A stretch of DNA of 64,000 nucleotides. Source: Escherichia coli. GTDB taxonomy: Bacteria > Pseudomonadota > Gammaproteobacteria > Enterobacterales > Enterobacteriaceae. The notes under the pieces are model-generated. The model was not told where the DNA came from, made no database searches, and worked only from the letters and a program-made list of their open reading frames with translations. The stretch lies in the NCBI RefSeq assembly GCF_003334405.1, contig NZ_QOWM01000001.1; one strand, 5' to 3'. Below, one piece after another: positions 1-11,553 of this stretch (within the stretch, counting starts at the first letter, position 1; every line of letters starts with the position of its first letter). The translations under genes were made by a program, and so were the position numbers.

Positions 1-2643
1 GGGATCGGCAACATTCGCGCCGATCACGTACAAAAAGGCGAGATCAACGTCGGTGCGAAGCTGGTCGTTCTCGGCGGCCCGGCAATGAACATCGGTCTTG
101 GCGGTGGTGCAGCGTCTTCTATGGCGTCTGGTCAGTCTGATGCCGACCTCGACTTTGCTTCCGTACAGCGCGACAACCCGGAGATGGAGCGTCGCTGCCA
201 GGAAGTGATCGACCGTTGCTGGCAGCTTGGTGATGCCAACCCAATCCTGTTTATCCACGACGTTGGCGCTGGCGGTCTTTCTAACGCCATGCCGGAACTG
301 GTGAGCGACGGCGGGCGCGGCGGTAAATTTGAACTGCGCGAGATTCTAAGCGACGAACCGGGCATGAGCCCGCTGGAAATCTGGTGTAACGAATCCCAGG
401 AACGCTACGTGCTGGCGGTTGCTGCCGATCAATTACCGCTGTTTGACGAACTGTGTAAGCGTGAGCGCGCACCCTACGCGGTGATTGGTGAAGCGACCGA
501 AGAACTGCATCTTTCTCTGCACGATCGTCATTTTGATAATCAGCCGATCGATCTGCCGCTGGACGTCCTGCTTGGTAAAACGCCGAAGATGACCCGCGAT
601 GTACAAACGCTGAAAGCGAAAGGCGACGCGCTGGCCCGTGAAGGGATCACCATTGCAGACGCGGTGAAACGTGTGCTGCATCTGCCGACTGTGGCGGAAA
701 AAACCTTCCTGGTGACCATTGGCGACCGCAGCGTAACCGGCATGGTAGCGCGCGATCAGATGGTGGGGCCGTGGCAGGTGCCGGTCGCTAACTGCGCGGT
801 CACTACCGCCAGCCTCGACAGCTACTACGGTGAAGCGATGGCGATTGGCGAGCGTGCGCCGGTTGCGCTGCTGGATTTCGCCGCCTCTGCCCGTCTGGCG
901 GTCGGTGAAGCGTTAACCAACATCGCCGCAACACAAATTGGCGATATCAAACGCATCAAACTTTCCGCCAACTGGATGGCGGCGGCAGGCCACCCTGGTG
1001 AAGATGCGGGCCTGTATGAAGCCGTTAAAGCCGTGGGCGAAGAGCTTTGTCCGGCGCTGGGCCTGACGATCCCGGTGGGTAAAGACTCCATGTCGATGAA
1101 AACCCGCTGGCAGGAAGGTAACGAAGAGCGCGAAATGACGTCGCCGCTGTCGCTGGTGATTTCTGCATTTGCCCGCGTGGAAGATGTACGTCACACCATC
1201 ACGCCGCAGCTTTCTACCGAAGATAACGCACTGCTGCTGATTGATTTGGGCAAAGGCAATAACGCGCTGGGCGCAACGGCGCTGGCGCAGGTTTATCGTC
1301 AGCTTGGCGACAAACCGGCAGATGTACGCGATGTCGCGCAACTGAAAGGCTTCTATGACGCGATTCAGGCGCTGGTTGCACAGCGTAAGCTGCTGGCGTA
1401 TCACGACCGCTCTGATGGCGGCCTGCTGGTAACGCTGGCGGAAATGGCCTTTGCTGGTCATTGTGGCATTGACGCGGATATCGCCACTCTGGGTGACGAT
1501 CGCCTGGCGGCGTTGTTTAACGAAGAACTGGGTGCGGTGATTCAGGTTCGTGCCGCTGACCGTGAAGCGGTCGAGTCCGTACTGGCACAGCATGGGCTTG
1601 CTGATTGTGTCCATTATGTAGGGCAGGCGGTTTCCGGTGACCGTTTTGTGATTACCGCCAACGGGCAGACTGTATTCAGCGAAAGCCGCACCACGTTGCG
1701 TGTCTGGTGGGCAGAAACTACCTGGCAGATGCAGCGCCTGCGTGACAACCCGGAGTGTGCCGATCAGGAGCATCAGGCGAAATCTAACGACGCCGATCCG
1801 GGCCTGAATGTAAAACTGTCGTTCGATATCAACGAAGATGTGGCAGCACCGTATATTGCCACTGGCGCACGTCCGAAAGTTGCCGTACTGCGTGAGCAGG
1901 GCGTGAACTCGCATGTTGAAATGGCGGCAGCTTTCCACCGTGCAGGCTTTGATGCTATCGACGTGCATATGAGTGACCTGCTGACCGGACGCACGGGCCT
2001 GGAAGATTTCCACGCCCTGGTCGCGTGCGGTGGTTTCTCCTACGGTGATGTGCTGGGTGCCGGTGAAGGTTGGGCGAAGTCAATCCTGTTCAATGACCGT
2101 GTACGCGATGAGTTTGCAACCTTCTTCCACCGTCCGCAAACGCTGGCGCTGGGGGTATGTAACGGTTGCCAGATGATGTCTAATCTGCGTGAACTGATCC
2201 CAGGTAGTGAGTTGTGGCCACGTTTTGTGCGCAATACCTCCGATCGCTTTGAAGCGCGTTTCAGCCTGGTTGAAGTAACCCAAAGCCCGTCTCTGCTGTT
2301 GCAGGGGATGGTGGGCTCGCAAATGCCGATTGCTGTCTCTCATGGTGAAGGGCGCGTGGAAGTGCGTGATGCGGCGCATCTGGCGGCACTGGAAAGCAAA
2401 GGGCTGGTGGCACTGCGCTATGTCGATAACTTCGGCAAAGTCACTGAAACCTACCCGGCTAACCCGAACGGTTCACCGAACGGTATTACGGCAGTCACGA
2501 CTGAAAGTGGTCGAGTCACCATTATGATGCCGCACCCGGAACGTGTTTTCCGTACTGTCAGCAACTCCTGGCATCCGGAAAACTGGGGCGAGGATGGCCC
2601 ATGGATGCGCATTTTCCGCAATGCGCGTAAGCAGTTGGGGTAA
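1..2643 (+). CDS. purL: Phosphoribosylformylglycinamidine synthase PurL, C-terminal ~880 codons (5' end lies outside the window)
   Basis: Frame is open from base 1 (track ORF 85..2643 is the same frame from the first internal Met). FGAM-synthetase linker and C-terminal glutamine-amidotransferase domain with GVCNGCQMM active-site motif. Stop at 2641-2643. Confidence 0.93.
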   Translation, partial: GIGNIRADHVQKGEINVGAKLVVLGGPAMNIGLGGGAASSMASGQSDADLDFASVQRDNPEMERRCQEVIDRCWQLGDANPILFIHDVGAGGLSNAMPELVSDGGRGGKFELREILSDEPGMSPLEIWCNESQERYVLAVAADQLPLFDELCKRERAPYAVIGEATEELHLSLHDRHFDNQPIDLPLDVLLGKTPKMTRDVQTLKAKGDALAREGITIADAVKRVLHLPTVAEKTFLVTIGDRSVTGMVARDQMVGPWQVPVANCAVTTASLDSYYGEAMAIGERAPVALLDFAASARLAVGEALTNIAATQIGDIKRIKLSANWMAAAGHPGEDAGLYEAVKAVGEELCPALGLTIPVGKDSMSMKTRWQEGNEEREMTSPLSLVISAFARVEDVRHTITPQLSTEDNALLLIDLGKGNNALGATALAQVYRQLGDKPADVRDVAQLKGFYDAIQALVAQRKLLAYHDRSDGGLLVTLAEMAFAGHCGIDADIATLGDDRLAALFNEELGAVIQVRAADREAVESVLAQHGLADCVHYVGQAVSGDRFVITANGQTVFSESRTTLRVWWAETTWQMQRLRDNPECADQEHQAKSNDADPGLNVKLSFDINEDVAAPYIATGARPKVAVLREQGVNSHVEMAAAFHRAGFDAIDVHMSDLLTGRTGLEDFHALVACGGFSYGDVLGAGEGWAKSILFNDRVRDEFATFFHRPQTLALGVCNGCQMMSNLRELIPGSELWPRFVRNTSDRFEARFSLVEVTQSPSLLLQGMVGSQMPIAVSHGEGRVEVRDAAHLAALESKGLVALRYVDNFGKVTETYPANPNGSPNGITAVTTESGRVTIMMPHPERVFRTVSNSWHPENWGEDGPWMRIFRNARKQLG

Positions 2644-2702
2644 GTCGTCAGCCCATTGGTTTTGCAGCCCGGATGCGGCATTAAGCACCAACCACTATCA
2701 TA

Positions 2703-2727
2703 AGCTCCCAACTCCGGGAGCTTTTTT
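2703..2727 (+). terminator. Rho-independent terminator of purL
   Basis: Hairpin AGCTCCC-aactcc-GGGAGCT followed by T6 run, 60 nt after the purL stop. Confidence 0.7.
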
Positions 2728-2728
2728 G

Positions 2729-2842
2729 TGTCTGTAAATCACGACAATGGGTGGTTTGCCGTGTCGCTTTCTGGCGACACTTAACTCATTGATTTTAATA
2801 TTATCTAATAAGTTTATCTTAAGTTGTCTCTTTTTAGCGACA
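2729..2842. promoter_or_regulatory. Three TGTC-N10-GACA boxes (GlrR-type activator binding sites) upstream of glmY
   Basis: Exact TGTC-N10-GACA at 2729-2746, 2762-2779 and 2825-2842. Spacing and position upstream of a sigma54 promoter match the known GlrR upstream-activating sites. Confidence 0.65.
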
Positions 2843-2931
2843 CAGTGGCTGATTTACATTCAAACAGCGGAGGAGACATAAACCCCTCAAAGCAACGTAT
2901 AATCAGTACGTTACCAAACTATTTTCTTTAT

Positions 2932-2947
2932 TGGCACAGTTACTGCA
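2932..2947 (+). promoter_or_regulatory. sigma54 promoter (-24 TGGCAC / -12 CTGCA) of glmY
   Basis: TGGCACagttaCTGCA with GG at 2933-2934 and GC at 2945-2946 (12-bp spacing), about 12 nt upstream of the predicted glmY 5' end. Confidence 0.7.
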
Positions 2948-2958
2948 TAATAGTAACC

Positions 2959-3144
2959 AGTGGCTCATTCACCGACTTATGTCAGCCCCTTCGGGACGTG
3001 CTACATAAAATACGAATGACGCACAACAAGGTGCCTGCCGTCCAACTTCTGATATCAGCGTAGCTATATCAACCATCGGGCGAAACGTCGAGTTAGGCAC
3101 CGCCTTATTCCATAACAAAGCCGGGTAATTCCCGGCTTTGTTGT
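2959..3144 (+). ncRNA. glmY: GlmY small regulatory RNA (~185 nt)
   Basis: Begins AGTGGCTCATTCACCGACTTATGTCAGCCCCTTCGGGACG, ends with terminator hairpin GCCGGGtaattCCCGGC plus TTTGTTGT (3120-3144). No ORF. Sits directly upstream of glrK, as known for glmY. Confidence 0.8.
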
Positions 3145-3200
3145 ATCTGAACTTCCCCTCGGTTAGCATCAGGCTATTCGCGTCTGACGAGAGTAACACC

Positions 3201-4628
3201 TTGAAACGCTGGCCCGTTTTTCCCCGCTCATTACGACAACTGGTAATGCTGGCATTTTTGCTGATTCTGCTGCCCCTGTTGGTGCTGGCATGGCAAGCCT
3301 GGCAAAGCCTGAATGCGCTTAGCGATCAGGCGGCGCTGGTTAACCGCACTACGCTTATTGATGCCCGGCGCAGTGAAGCGATGACCAACGCGGCGCTGGA
3401 GATGGAGCGTAGTTACCGTCAGTATTGCGTGCTGGACGACCCAACCCTGGCGAAGGTTTATCAAAGCCAGCGCAAGCGTTACAGCGAAATGCTCGATGCC
3501 CACGCAGGCGTGCTGCCGGACGATAAACTCTACCAGGCATTACGTCAGGATTTGCACAATCTGGCTCAACTTCAGTGTAACAACAGCGGTCCCGATGCTG
3601 CCGCCGCCGCACGTCTTGAAGCCTTTGCCAGTGCCAATACCGAAATGGTACAGGCCACGCGCACAGTGGTGTTCTCTCGTGGGCAGCAGCTTCAGCGTGA
3701 AATCGCCGAACGTGGGCAATATTTTGGTTGGCAATCGCTGGTGCTATTTCTGGTGAGTCTGGTAATGGTACTGCTTTTCACGCGGATGATTATCGGGCCG
3801 GTGAAAAATATCGAGCGCATGATCAACCGTCTGGGGGAAGGGCGTTCTCTGGGCAATAGCGTCTCGTTCAGTGGACCGAGCGAGTTACGCTCGGTTGGGC
3901 AACGTATTCTTTGGTTAAGTGAGCGCCTGTCATGGCTGGAATCCCAACGCCATCAATTTTTAAGACATTTATCTCATGAATTAAAAACGCCACTGGCGAG
4001 TATGCGCGAGGGCACTGAATTACTGGCTGACCAGGTTGTCGGGCCGCTTACGCCAGAGCAAAAAGAGGTGGTGAGCATTCTTGATAGCAGCAGCCGCAAT
4101 TTGCAAAAACTGATCGAACAACTGCTTGATTACAACCGTAAACAGGCGGACAGTGCGGTGGAACTGGAGAATGTTGAGTTAGCACCGCTGGTGGAGACAG
4201 TGGTTTCTGCTCATAGCCTGCCCGCACGGGCTAAAATGATGCATACCGACGTCGATCTCAAAGCAACAGCTTGCCTGGCGGAGCCAATGCTGCTGATGAG
4301 CGTACTGGATAATCTTTACTCCAATGCGGTGCACTACGGGGCTGAATCCGGTAACATTTGCCTTCGCAGCAGTTTACATGGTGCGCGGGTTTATATTGAT
4401 GTCATCAATACAGGCACGCCCATTCCGCAAGAGGAACGCGCCATGATCTTCGAACCCTTTTTTCAGGGAAGCCACCAGCGAAAAGGGGCGGTGAAGGGCA
4501 GCGGTCTGGGATTAAGCATTGCCAGGGATTGTATTCGCCGTATGCAAGGGGAACTGTATCTGGTCGACGAGAGCGGGCAAGACGTTTGTTTCCGCATTGA
4601 ATTACCGTCGTCGAAAAACACGAAATAA
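3201..4628 (+). CDS. glrK: Two-component sensor histidine kinase GlrK (YfhK)
   Basis: TTG start at 3201 gives 475 aa (MKRWPVFPRSL...). N-terminal TM segment, H-box LSHELKTPL, ATPase G-box GSGLGLSIA. Track ORF from 3138 is a 5'-extended version of the same frame. Confidence 0.88.
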   Translation: MKRWPVFPRSLRQLVMLAFLLILLPLLVLAWQAWQSLNALSDQAALVNRTTLIDARRSEAMTNAALEMERSYRQYCVLDDPTLAKVYQSQRKRYSEMLDAHAGVLPDDKLYQALRQDLHNLAQLQCNNSGPDAAAAARLEAFASANTEMVQATRTVVFSRGQQLQREIAERGQYFGWQSLVLFLVSLVMVLLFTRMIIGPVKNIERMINRLGEGRSLGNSVSFSGPSELRSVGQRILWLSERLSWLESQRHQFLRHLSHELKTPLASMREGTELLADQVVGPLTPEQKEVVSILDSSSRNLQKLIEQLLDYNRKQADSAVELENVELAPLVETVVSAHSLPARAKMMHTDVDLKATACLAEPMLLMSVLDNLYSNAVHYGAESGNICLRSSLHGARVYIDVINTGTPIPQEERAMIFEPFFQGSHQRKGAVKGSGLGLSIARDCIRRMQGELYLVDESGQDVCFRIELPSSKNTK

Positions 4629-4792
4629 TGCTAACAGCCTATCCTATCAGGCTATTTTATTTGTCAGTTCGGCCCCGGGCAGTGCTCGAAATCTTCACGT
4701 ACGATATGTACGCTCCGGTTTCTCCGCGCTGTCCATGTCCAGACTGTCTGCAACAATTACGCCCACTGGGATAGGCTTTAAGTCTGGTGAAT

Positions 4793-5506
4793 ATGCGACA
4801 CATTTTTCAACGATTATTGCCCCGACGGCTGTGGCTGGCAGGGCTGTCATGTCTGGCATTGCTGGGTTGCGTGCAGAATCACAATAAGCCAGCCATTGAT
4901 ACGCCAGCAGAAGAAAAAATTCCGGTTTATCAACTGGCTGACTATCTTTCTACTGAATGTAGCGACATCTGGGCGCTGCAAGGTAAATCAACCGAAACCA
5001 ATCCGCTTTACTGGCTGCGGGCGATGGATTGTGCTGATCGTTTAATGCCTGCGCAGTCGCGTCAGCAAGCTCGCCAATATGACGACGGCAGCTGGCAAAA
5101 TACCTTTAAACAAGGGATTTTGCTCGCCGACGCCAAAATTACGCCGTATGAGCGCCGCCAGCTGGTCGCGCGTATTGAAGCGTTAAGTACCGAGATCCCG
5201 GCACAGGTTCGCCCACTGTATCAACTCTGGCGCGATGGTCAGGCGCTGCAACTGCAACTGGCGGAAGAGCGCCAACGTTACAGTAAACTCCAGCAGTCCA
5301 GCGACAGCGAGCTGGATACATTGCGCCAGCAACATCACGTTCTACAGCAGCAACTGGAACTCACCACCCGCAAGCTGGAAAACCTGACCGATATTGAACG
5401 CCAGCTCTCGACCCGCAAACCGGCTGGAAATTTCTCGCCGGATACGCCGCACGAGAGTGAAAAGCCCGCGCCATCCACCCATGAGGTCACTCCTGATGAG
5501 CCATAA
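4793..5506 (+). CDS. qseG: Lipoprotein QseG (YfhG)
   Basis: 237 aa. Lipobox LALLGC near the N-terminus, Gln/Leu-rich coiled-coil C-terminal half. Lies between glrK and glrR. Confidence 0.85.
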   Translation: MRHIFQRLLPRRLWLAGLSCLALLGCVQNHNKPAIDTPAEEKIPVYQLADYLSTECSDIWALQGKSTETNPLYWLRAMDCADRLMPAQSRQQARQYDDGSWQNTFKQGILLADAKITPYERRQLVARIEALSTEIPAQVRPLYQLWRDGQALQLQLAEERQRYSKLQQSSDSELDTLRQQHHVLQQQLELTTRKLENLTDIERQLSTRKPAGNFSPDTPHESEKPAPSTHEVTPDEP

Positions 5507-6830
5507 ACCTGCGCATTTATTATTGGTCGATGACGATCCGGGATTGCTGAAACTGCTTGGCCTGCGCCTGACCAGCGAAGGCTACAGTGTGGTCACGGCG
5601 GAAAGTGGCGCTGAAGGATTACGGGTACTGAATCGCGAAAAAGTAGATTTAGTCATCAGCGACCTGCGGATGGATGAAATGGACGGTATGCAGCTGTTTG
5701 CTGAAATCCAGAAAGTGCAGCCGGGAATGCCGGTAATTATTCTTACCGCGCATGGTTCTATTCCCGATGCCGTTGCTGCAACACAGCAGGGCGTTTTTAG
5801 TTTCCTCACCAAGCCTGTCGACAAAGACGCGCTATATCAGGCAATTGACGATGCGCTGGAGCAATCCGCGCCAGCCACCGATGAACGCTGGCGCGAGGCA
5901 ATTGTCACCCGCAGCCCGCTGATGCTGCGTTTGCTGGAACAGGCGCGGCTGGTGGCGCAATCAGACGTCAGCGTTTTGATTAACGGTCAGAGCGGCACCG
6001 GGAAAGAGATTTTCGCCCAGGCTATCCACAACGCCAGCCCGCGCAACAGCAAACCATTTATTGCTATTAACTGTGGCGCATTGCCCGAGCAATTGCTGGA
6101 GTCGGAGCTGTTTGGTCATGCGCGTGGCGCGTTTACTGGCGCTGTCAGCAATCGCGAAGGTTTATTCCAGGCGGCGGAAGGCGGAACGCTATTTCTCGAT
6201 GAAATTGGCGATATGCCTGCGCCGTTACAGGTCAAACTGCTGCGCGTGTTGCAGGAGCGTAAAGTGCGCCCGCTGGGCAGTAACCGCGATATTGATATCA
6301 ATGTGCGGATTATTTCTGCCACTCACCGTGATCTGCCAAAAGCGATGGCGCGCGGGGAATTCCGCGAAGATCTCTATTACCGCCTCAACGTTGTCAGCCT
6401 GAAAATTCCGGCACTGGCGGAGCGCACAGAAGACATTCCGCTACTGGCAAATCACCTGTTGCGCCAGGCGGCAGAGCGACATAAACCGTTTGTCCGCGCG
6501 TTCTCTACCGATGCGATGAAACGCCTGATGACCGCGAGCTGGCCGGGTAATGTGCGCCAGTTGGTCAACGTGATTGAACAGTGCGTGGCGCTGACCTCAT
6601 CTCCGGTGATTAGTGATGCGCTGGTGGAGCAGGCGCTGGAGGGTGAAAATACGGCGCTGCCAACCTTTGTTGAGGCACGTAATCAGTTTGAACTCAACTA
6701 TTTGCGTAAGCTGCTGCAAATCACCAAAGGCAACGTCACCCACGCGGCGAGAATGGCGGGGCGCAACCGGACAGAATTTTATAAACTGCTTTCCCGACAC
6801 GAGCTGGATGCAAACGATTTCAAGGAATGA
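5496..6830 (+). CDS. glrR: sigma54-dependent response regulator GlrR (YfhA)
   Basis: ATG at 5496 gives 444 aa ([20 protein letters not shown]...). Receiver domain, AAA+ sigma54-interaction domain ([14 protein letters not shown]) and C-terminal HTH. Overlaps the qseG end by 11 nt. Confidence 0.92.
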   Translation: MSHKPAHLLLVDDDPGLLKLLGLRLTSEGYSVVTAESGAEGLRVLNREKVDLVISDLRMDEMDGMQLFAEIQKVQPGMPVIILTAHGSIPDAVAATQQGVFSFLTKPVDKDALYQAIDDALEQSAPATDERWREAIVTRSPLMLRLLEQARLVAQSDVSVLINGQSGTGKEIFAQAIHNASPRNSKPFIAINCGALPEQLLESELFGHARGAFTGAVSNREGLFQAAEGGTLFLDEIGDMPAPLQVKLLRVLQERKVRPLGSNRDIDINVRIISATHRDLPKAMARGEFREDLYYRLNVVSLKIPALAERTEDIPLLANHLLRQAAERHKPFVRAFSTDAMKRLMTASWPGNVRQLVNVIEQCVALTSSPVISDALVEQALEGENTALPTFVEARNQFELNYLRKLLQITKGNVTHAARMAGRNRTEFYKLLSRHELDANDFKE

Positions 6831-6854
6831 ATTGGCGTTATGTGTTACGTTTAG

Positions 6855-7229
<375 letters not shown>

Positions 7230-7241
7230 ACCGCGTCAAGG

Positions 7242-7267
7242 GTTGCCGGATGTTTCCATCCGGCAAC
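7242..7267. terminator. Hairpin between convergent glnB and hmp (probable bidirectional terminator)
   Basis: 11-bp perfect stem GTTGCCGGATG / CATCCGGCAAC with a 4-nt loop, placed between the two stop codons. No strong U-tract on either side. Confidence 0.45.
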
Positions 7268-7273
7268 ATCAAA

Positions 7274-8464
7274 TTACAGCACCTTATGCGGGCCAAAGCA
7301 TTCGTAATGAATGTTTTCCTGCTTCACGCCCAGATCCACTAACTGTTTCGCGGTAAACTGCATGAAGCCAACCGGGCCGCAGAGATAGAACTGCATTGTC
7401 GGATCGCTGAACGCACCTTCCAGTTTGCTCAAATCCATCAGACCTTCGCTATCAAACTGACCTTTAGCGCGATCGGCTTCGCTCGGCTGACGATACCAGG
7501 TGTGCGCGGTAAAGCGCGGCAGTGACTGCCCCAGTTCCTTAACTTCATCGGCAAAGGCGTGAACATCGCCATTTTCTGCCGCATGGAACCAGTTCACTTG
7601 TGCTGTGTGGCCTGCTTTTGCCAGCGTGTCGAGCATTGCCAGCATTGGCGTTTGACCAACACCGGCAGAGATTAACGTCACTGGTGTGTCATCTGCGACA
7701 GCCATAAAGAAATCACCTGCCGGAGCGACCAGTTTCACGACATCGCCAACATTGGCGTGATTGTGCAACCAGTTGGATACCTGCCCACCCTCTTCGCGTT
7801 TCACCGCAATACGATAGCCTTTGCCATCCGGTTTGCGAGTCAAAGAGTACTGACGAATTTCCTGATGTGGGAAACCTTCCGGCTTCAGCCAGACGCCGAG
7901 ATATTGCCCCGGACGGTATTCTGCCACTGCGCCACCGTCGACCGGCTCCAGTTCGAAGCTGGTGATAAGCGCGCTGCGCGGTGTTTTAGCCACAATGCGG
8001 AAATCGCGAGTACCTTCCCAACCACCGGCTTTGCTGGCGTTTTCGTTATAGATTTCCGCCTCGCGATTGATAAATACATTAGCCAGTACACCATAGGCTT
8101 TACCCCACGCGTCCAGCACTTCCTGCCCCGGGCTGAACATTTCGTCCAGCGTTGCCAACAGGTGTTCACCGACGATGTTGTACTGTTCCGGTTTGATCTG
8201 GAAGCTGGTGTGCTTCTGCGCGATTTTTTCTACCGCTGGCAGCAGCGCAGGCAGGTTTTCAATATTACTGGCGTAGGCGGCAATAGCGTTAAACAGGGCT
8301 TCACGTTGATCGCCATTACGCTGGTTACTCATGTTAAAAATTTCTTTGAGTTCTGGGTTATGAGTAAACATACGGTCGTAGAAATGGGCGGTTAACTTTG
8401 GCCCCGTTTCCACCAGTAAAGGGATGGTGGCTTTTACTGTAGCGATGGTTTGAGCGTCAAGCAT
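7274..8464 (-). CDS. hmp: Flavohemoglobin (nitric oxide dioxygenase) Hmp
   Basis: 396 aa from the ATG at 8464 ([17 protein letters not shown]...). Globin domain plus FAD/NAD-binding reductase domain. Confidence 0.93.
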
Positions 8465-8480
8465 ATGGTCTTCCTTTTTT

Positions 8481-8513
8481 TGCATCTTAATTGATGTATC
8501 TCAAATGCATCTT
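8481..8513. promoter_or_regulatory. Inverted repeat in the hmp promoter (NsrR-type operator)
   Basis: AAGATGCATTTGAGATACATCAA on the minus strand just upstream of the hmp start, with an additional AAGATGCA half-site. Matches the NsrR operator pattern reported for hmp. Confidence 0.5.
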
Positions 8514-8791
8514 ATAAAAAATAGCCCTGCAATGTAAATGGTTCTTTGGTGTTTTTCAGAAAGAATGTGATGAAGTGAAAAATTTGCATCACAAACCTGA
8601 AAAGAAATCCGTTTCCGGTTGCAAGCTCTTTATTCTCCAAAGCCTTGCGTAGCCTGAAGGTAATCGTTTGCGTAAATTCCTTTGTCAAGACCTGTTATCG
8701 CACAATGATTCGGTTATACTGTTCGCCGTTGTCCAACAGGACCGCCTATAAAGGCCAAAAATTTTATTGTTAGCTGAGTCAGGAGATGCGG

Positions 8792-10045
8792 ATGTTAAAG
8801 CGTGAAATGAACATTGCCGATTATGATGCCGAACTGTGGCAGGCTATGGAGCAGGAAAAAGTACGTCAGGAAGAGCACATCGAACTGATCGCCTCCGAAA
8901 ACTACACCAGCCCGCGCGTAATGCAGGCGCAGGGTTCTCAGCTGACCAACAAATATGCTGAAGGTTATCCGGGCAAACGCTACTACGGCGGTTGCGAGTA
9001 TGTTGATATCGTTGAACAACTGGCGATCGATCGTGCGAAAGAACTGTTCGGCGCTGACTACGCTAACGTCCAGCCGCACTCCGGCTCCCAGGCTAACTTT
9101 GCGGTCTACACCGCGCTGCTGGAACCAGGTGATACCGTTCTGGGTATGAACCTGGCGCATGGCGGTCACCTGACTCACGGTTCTCCGGTTAACTTCTCCG
9201 GTAAACTGTACAACATCGTTCCTTACGGTATCGATGCTACCGGTCATATCGACTACGCCGATCTGGAAAAACAAGCCAAAGAACACAAGCCGAAAATGAT
9301 TATCGGTGGTTTCTCTGCATATTCCGGCGTGGTGGACTGGGCGAAAATGCGTGAAATCGCTGACAGCATCGGTGCTTACCTGTTCGTTGATATGGCGCAC
9401 GTTGCGGGCCTGGTTGCTGCTGGCGTCTACCCGAACCCGGTTCCTCATGCTCACGTTGTTACTACCACCACTCACAAAACCCTGGCGGGTCCGCGCGGCG
9501 GCCTGATCCTGGCGAAAGGTGGTAGCGAAGAGCTGTACAAAAAACTGAACTCTGCCGTTTTCCCTGGTGGTCAGGGCGGTCCGTTGATGCACGTAATCGC
9601 CGGTAAAGCGGTTGCTCTGAAAGAAGCGATGGAGCCTGAGTTCAAAACTTACCAGCAGCAGGTCGCTAAAAACGCTAAAGCGATGGTAGAAGTGTTCCTC
9701 GAGCGCGGCTACAAAGTGGTTTCCGGCGGCACTGATAACCACCTGTTCCTGGTTGATCTGGTTGATAAAAACCTGACCGGTAAAGAAGCAGACGCCGCTC
9801 TGGGCCGTGCTAACATCACCGTCAACAAAAACAGCGTACCGAACGATCCGAAGAGCCCGTTTGTGACCTCCGGTATTCGTGTAGGTACTCCGGCGATTAC
9901 CCGTCGCGGCTTTAAAGAAGCCGAAGCGAAAGAACTGGCTGGCTGGATGTGTGACGTGCTGGACAGCATCAATGATGAAGCCGTTATCGAGCGCATCAAA
10001 GGTAAAGTTCTCGACATCTGCGCACGTTACCCGGTTTACGCATAA
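8792..10045 (+). CDS. glyA: Serine hydroxymethyltransferase
   Basis: 417 aa from the ATG at 8792 ([22 protein letters not shown]...). PLP-lysine region [14 protein letters not shown]. Confidence 0.95.
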
Positions 10046-10083
10046 GCGAAACGGTGATTTGCTGTCAATGTGCTCGTTGTTCA

Positions 10084-10184
10084 TGCCGGATGCGGCGTGA
10101 ACGCCTTATCCGGCCTACAAAACTTTGCAAATTCAATATATTGCAATCTCCGTGTAGGCCTGATAAGCGTAGCGCATCAGGCAA
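10084..10184. repeat. BIME (pair of inverted REP palindromes) downstream of glyA
   Basis: TGCCGGATGCGGCGTGAACGCCTTATCCGGCCTACAAA ... TGTAGGCCTGATAAGCGTAGCGCATCAGGCA. Near-identical to the BIME at 39140-39243. Confidence 0.85.
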
Positions 10185-10242
10185 TTTTTCGTTTATGATC
10201 ATCAAGGCTTCCTTCGGGAAGCCTTTCTACGTTATCGCGCCA

Positions 10243-11436
10243 TCAAATCTGTCGTAACTGCGCCTCAACATACAAATAGCCAATTCCCAGCACCTGTTGT
10301 GCGCGGCTTAATTGCCCAAAGCCAATTTGCGTCGCTTTCACGCTCGGTCCTTCGTCGCGGTCGAACGGGTTAAATCCTGTCTGGCGAATAATAGTATTAA
10401 GCCAGTTCTCACCAAAGGCACAACTGCGACCGTACAACCAAATCTGATTAATATTGAGGATGTTGAGGAAGTTATACAGACTCAAACCAATGGCATTGGC
10501 AGAGCGATCAACCCAGCTGGTGATCCACGGTTCTCCACTTTGCCAGGCAGCGATTAACTGCGCTGTAGTCAGTTTTTCAGGATCAAGTTGAGTACTAACC
10601 GGTTGTGATTTTAGCCATACCCGCGCCTGTTTTTTTAATGCGCTTAACGAGGCGACGGTTTCCAGGCAGCCATAACGTCCACAGTCGCAGACGACGCCAT
10701 CCGGATTAACGATGGTGTGACCAATCTGTCCGCTACCATACAAACTGCCGCGATAAATTTGCTCGTTAATCACGAACGACGAGCCAATGCCGTAATCAAC
10801 GTTGATCACGCAGAAATCCCGTTCCTGCGAATTATTTTGCCATTTCTCCGCCAGCGCCAGCATCACGCAGTCATTATCGACCATCACCCGAATGCCGAGC
10901 TTCTCTTCCAGCAGATATTTCACCTCCACCGGCGTTGTCCACGGCGCTTGCGGCATGGTTTGCGACACGCCGGTCACAGGATCAACCTGACCGTGGATTG
11001 CCAACGCCAGGTTGATGGTATGGTCCGGCCACAATTTACGGTGGCGATGCCAGCATTTTTCGATTTCGGACAGCAGCGCCTGCGGCGTCGGTGCATCAAT
11101 CTGTAAATACTCAAATTCACCTTTCGGACTTAAACAAGCATTAGCAACCTGACACTCAATACTGGTGGGCGTCACGTTCAGGCACAGCGTCCAGTCACCT
11201 TCCGGCGCAATCAGCCATGTACCGCTACTATGCCCGCGCGTCTGGCTTTCATCGTCAATATTCACCACCCGTTTTTCGCTTTCCAGTTCCTGCAAAATAT
11301 TACTGACTGCCGGAATCGAAATTTGCGCCAGCCGGGCCAGCGTTGATTTATTGGCGCGCTTTTGCCGGTACAGCAGTTCCAGAATCACGCATTTGTTATG
11401 GTGGCGAATCTGTTGATTATTAATGCAGGCTCTCAT
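10243..11436 (-). CDS. yphH: ROK-family (NagC/XylR-like) transcriptional regulator YphH
   Basis: 397 aa from the ATG at 11436 (a GTG two codons upstream is also possible). N-terminal HTH, ROK sugar-kinase-like fold with Cys/His zinc motif (CDCGRYGCLE). Divergent from the yph transporter genes. Confidence 0.8.
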   Translation of the reverse strand: MRACINNQQIRHHNKCVILELLYRQKRANKSTLARLAQISIPAVSNILQELESEKRVVNIDDESQTRGHSSGTWLIAPEGDWTLCLNVTPTSIECQVANACLSPKGEFEYLQIDAPTPQALLSEIEKCWHRHRKLWPDHTINLALAIHGQVDPVTGVSQTMPQAPWTTPVEVKYLLEEKLGIRVMVDNDCVMLALAEKWQNNSQERDFCVINVDYGIGSSFVINEQIYRGSLYGSGQIGHTIVNPDGVVCDCGRYGCLETVASLSALKKQARVWLKSQPVSTQLDPEKLTTAQLIAAWQSGEPWITSWVDRSANAIGLSLYNFLNILNINQIWLYGRSCAFGENWLNTIIRQTGFNPFDRDEGPSVKATQIGFGQLSRAQQVLGIGYLYVEAQLRQI

Positions 11437-11553
11437 CTTCACTAAACCTTGTTTAGTTAATTGCGTGATTATTCCGCGAAAACATTGCCAGATTGTTCAA
11501 TACACTGCCACAAATCTTTTAATTCAGTATGTCTTGTTAATATTGAGGGCACC

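Noticed and set aside
913-2013. 366-aa minus-strand ORF inside purL, and similar long antisense ORFs within iscS (32683..33561), guaB (60141..61556), guaA (62558..63133), yphG, sseA/yfhM and others
   Set aside because: All lie entirely within confidently identified genes on the opposite strand and lack start-site context; standard antisense open frames.
8795-10084. 429-aa ORF on the minus strand covering the whole of glyA
   Set aside because: Fully antisense to a strongly supported, motif-bearing gene; no RBS, and composition typical of the shadow frame of a highly expressed GC-rich gene. Treated as a non-coding antisense artefact.
10054-10257. Track ORFs translating REP/BIME repeats (10054..10257, 39147..39491, 31183..31803 minus, 31682..31936), all containing RRERLIRPT-like peptides
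   Set aside because: The shared peptide is the translation of the REP palindrome itself; these are extragenic repeats, not genes.
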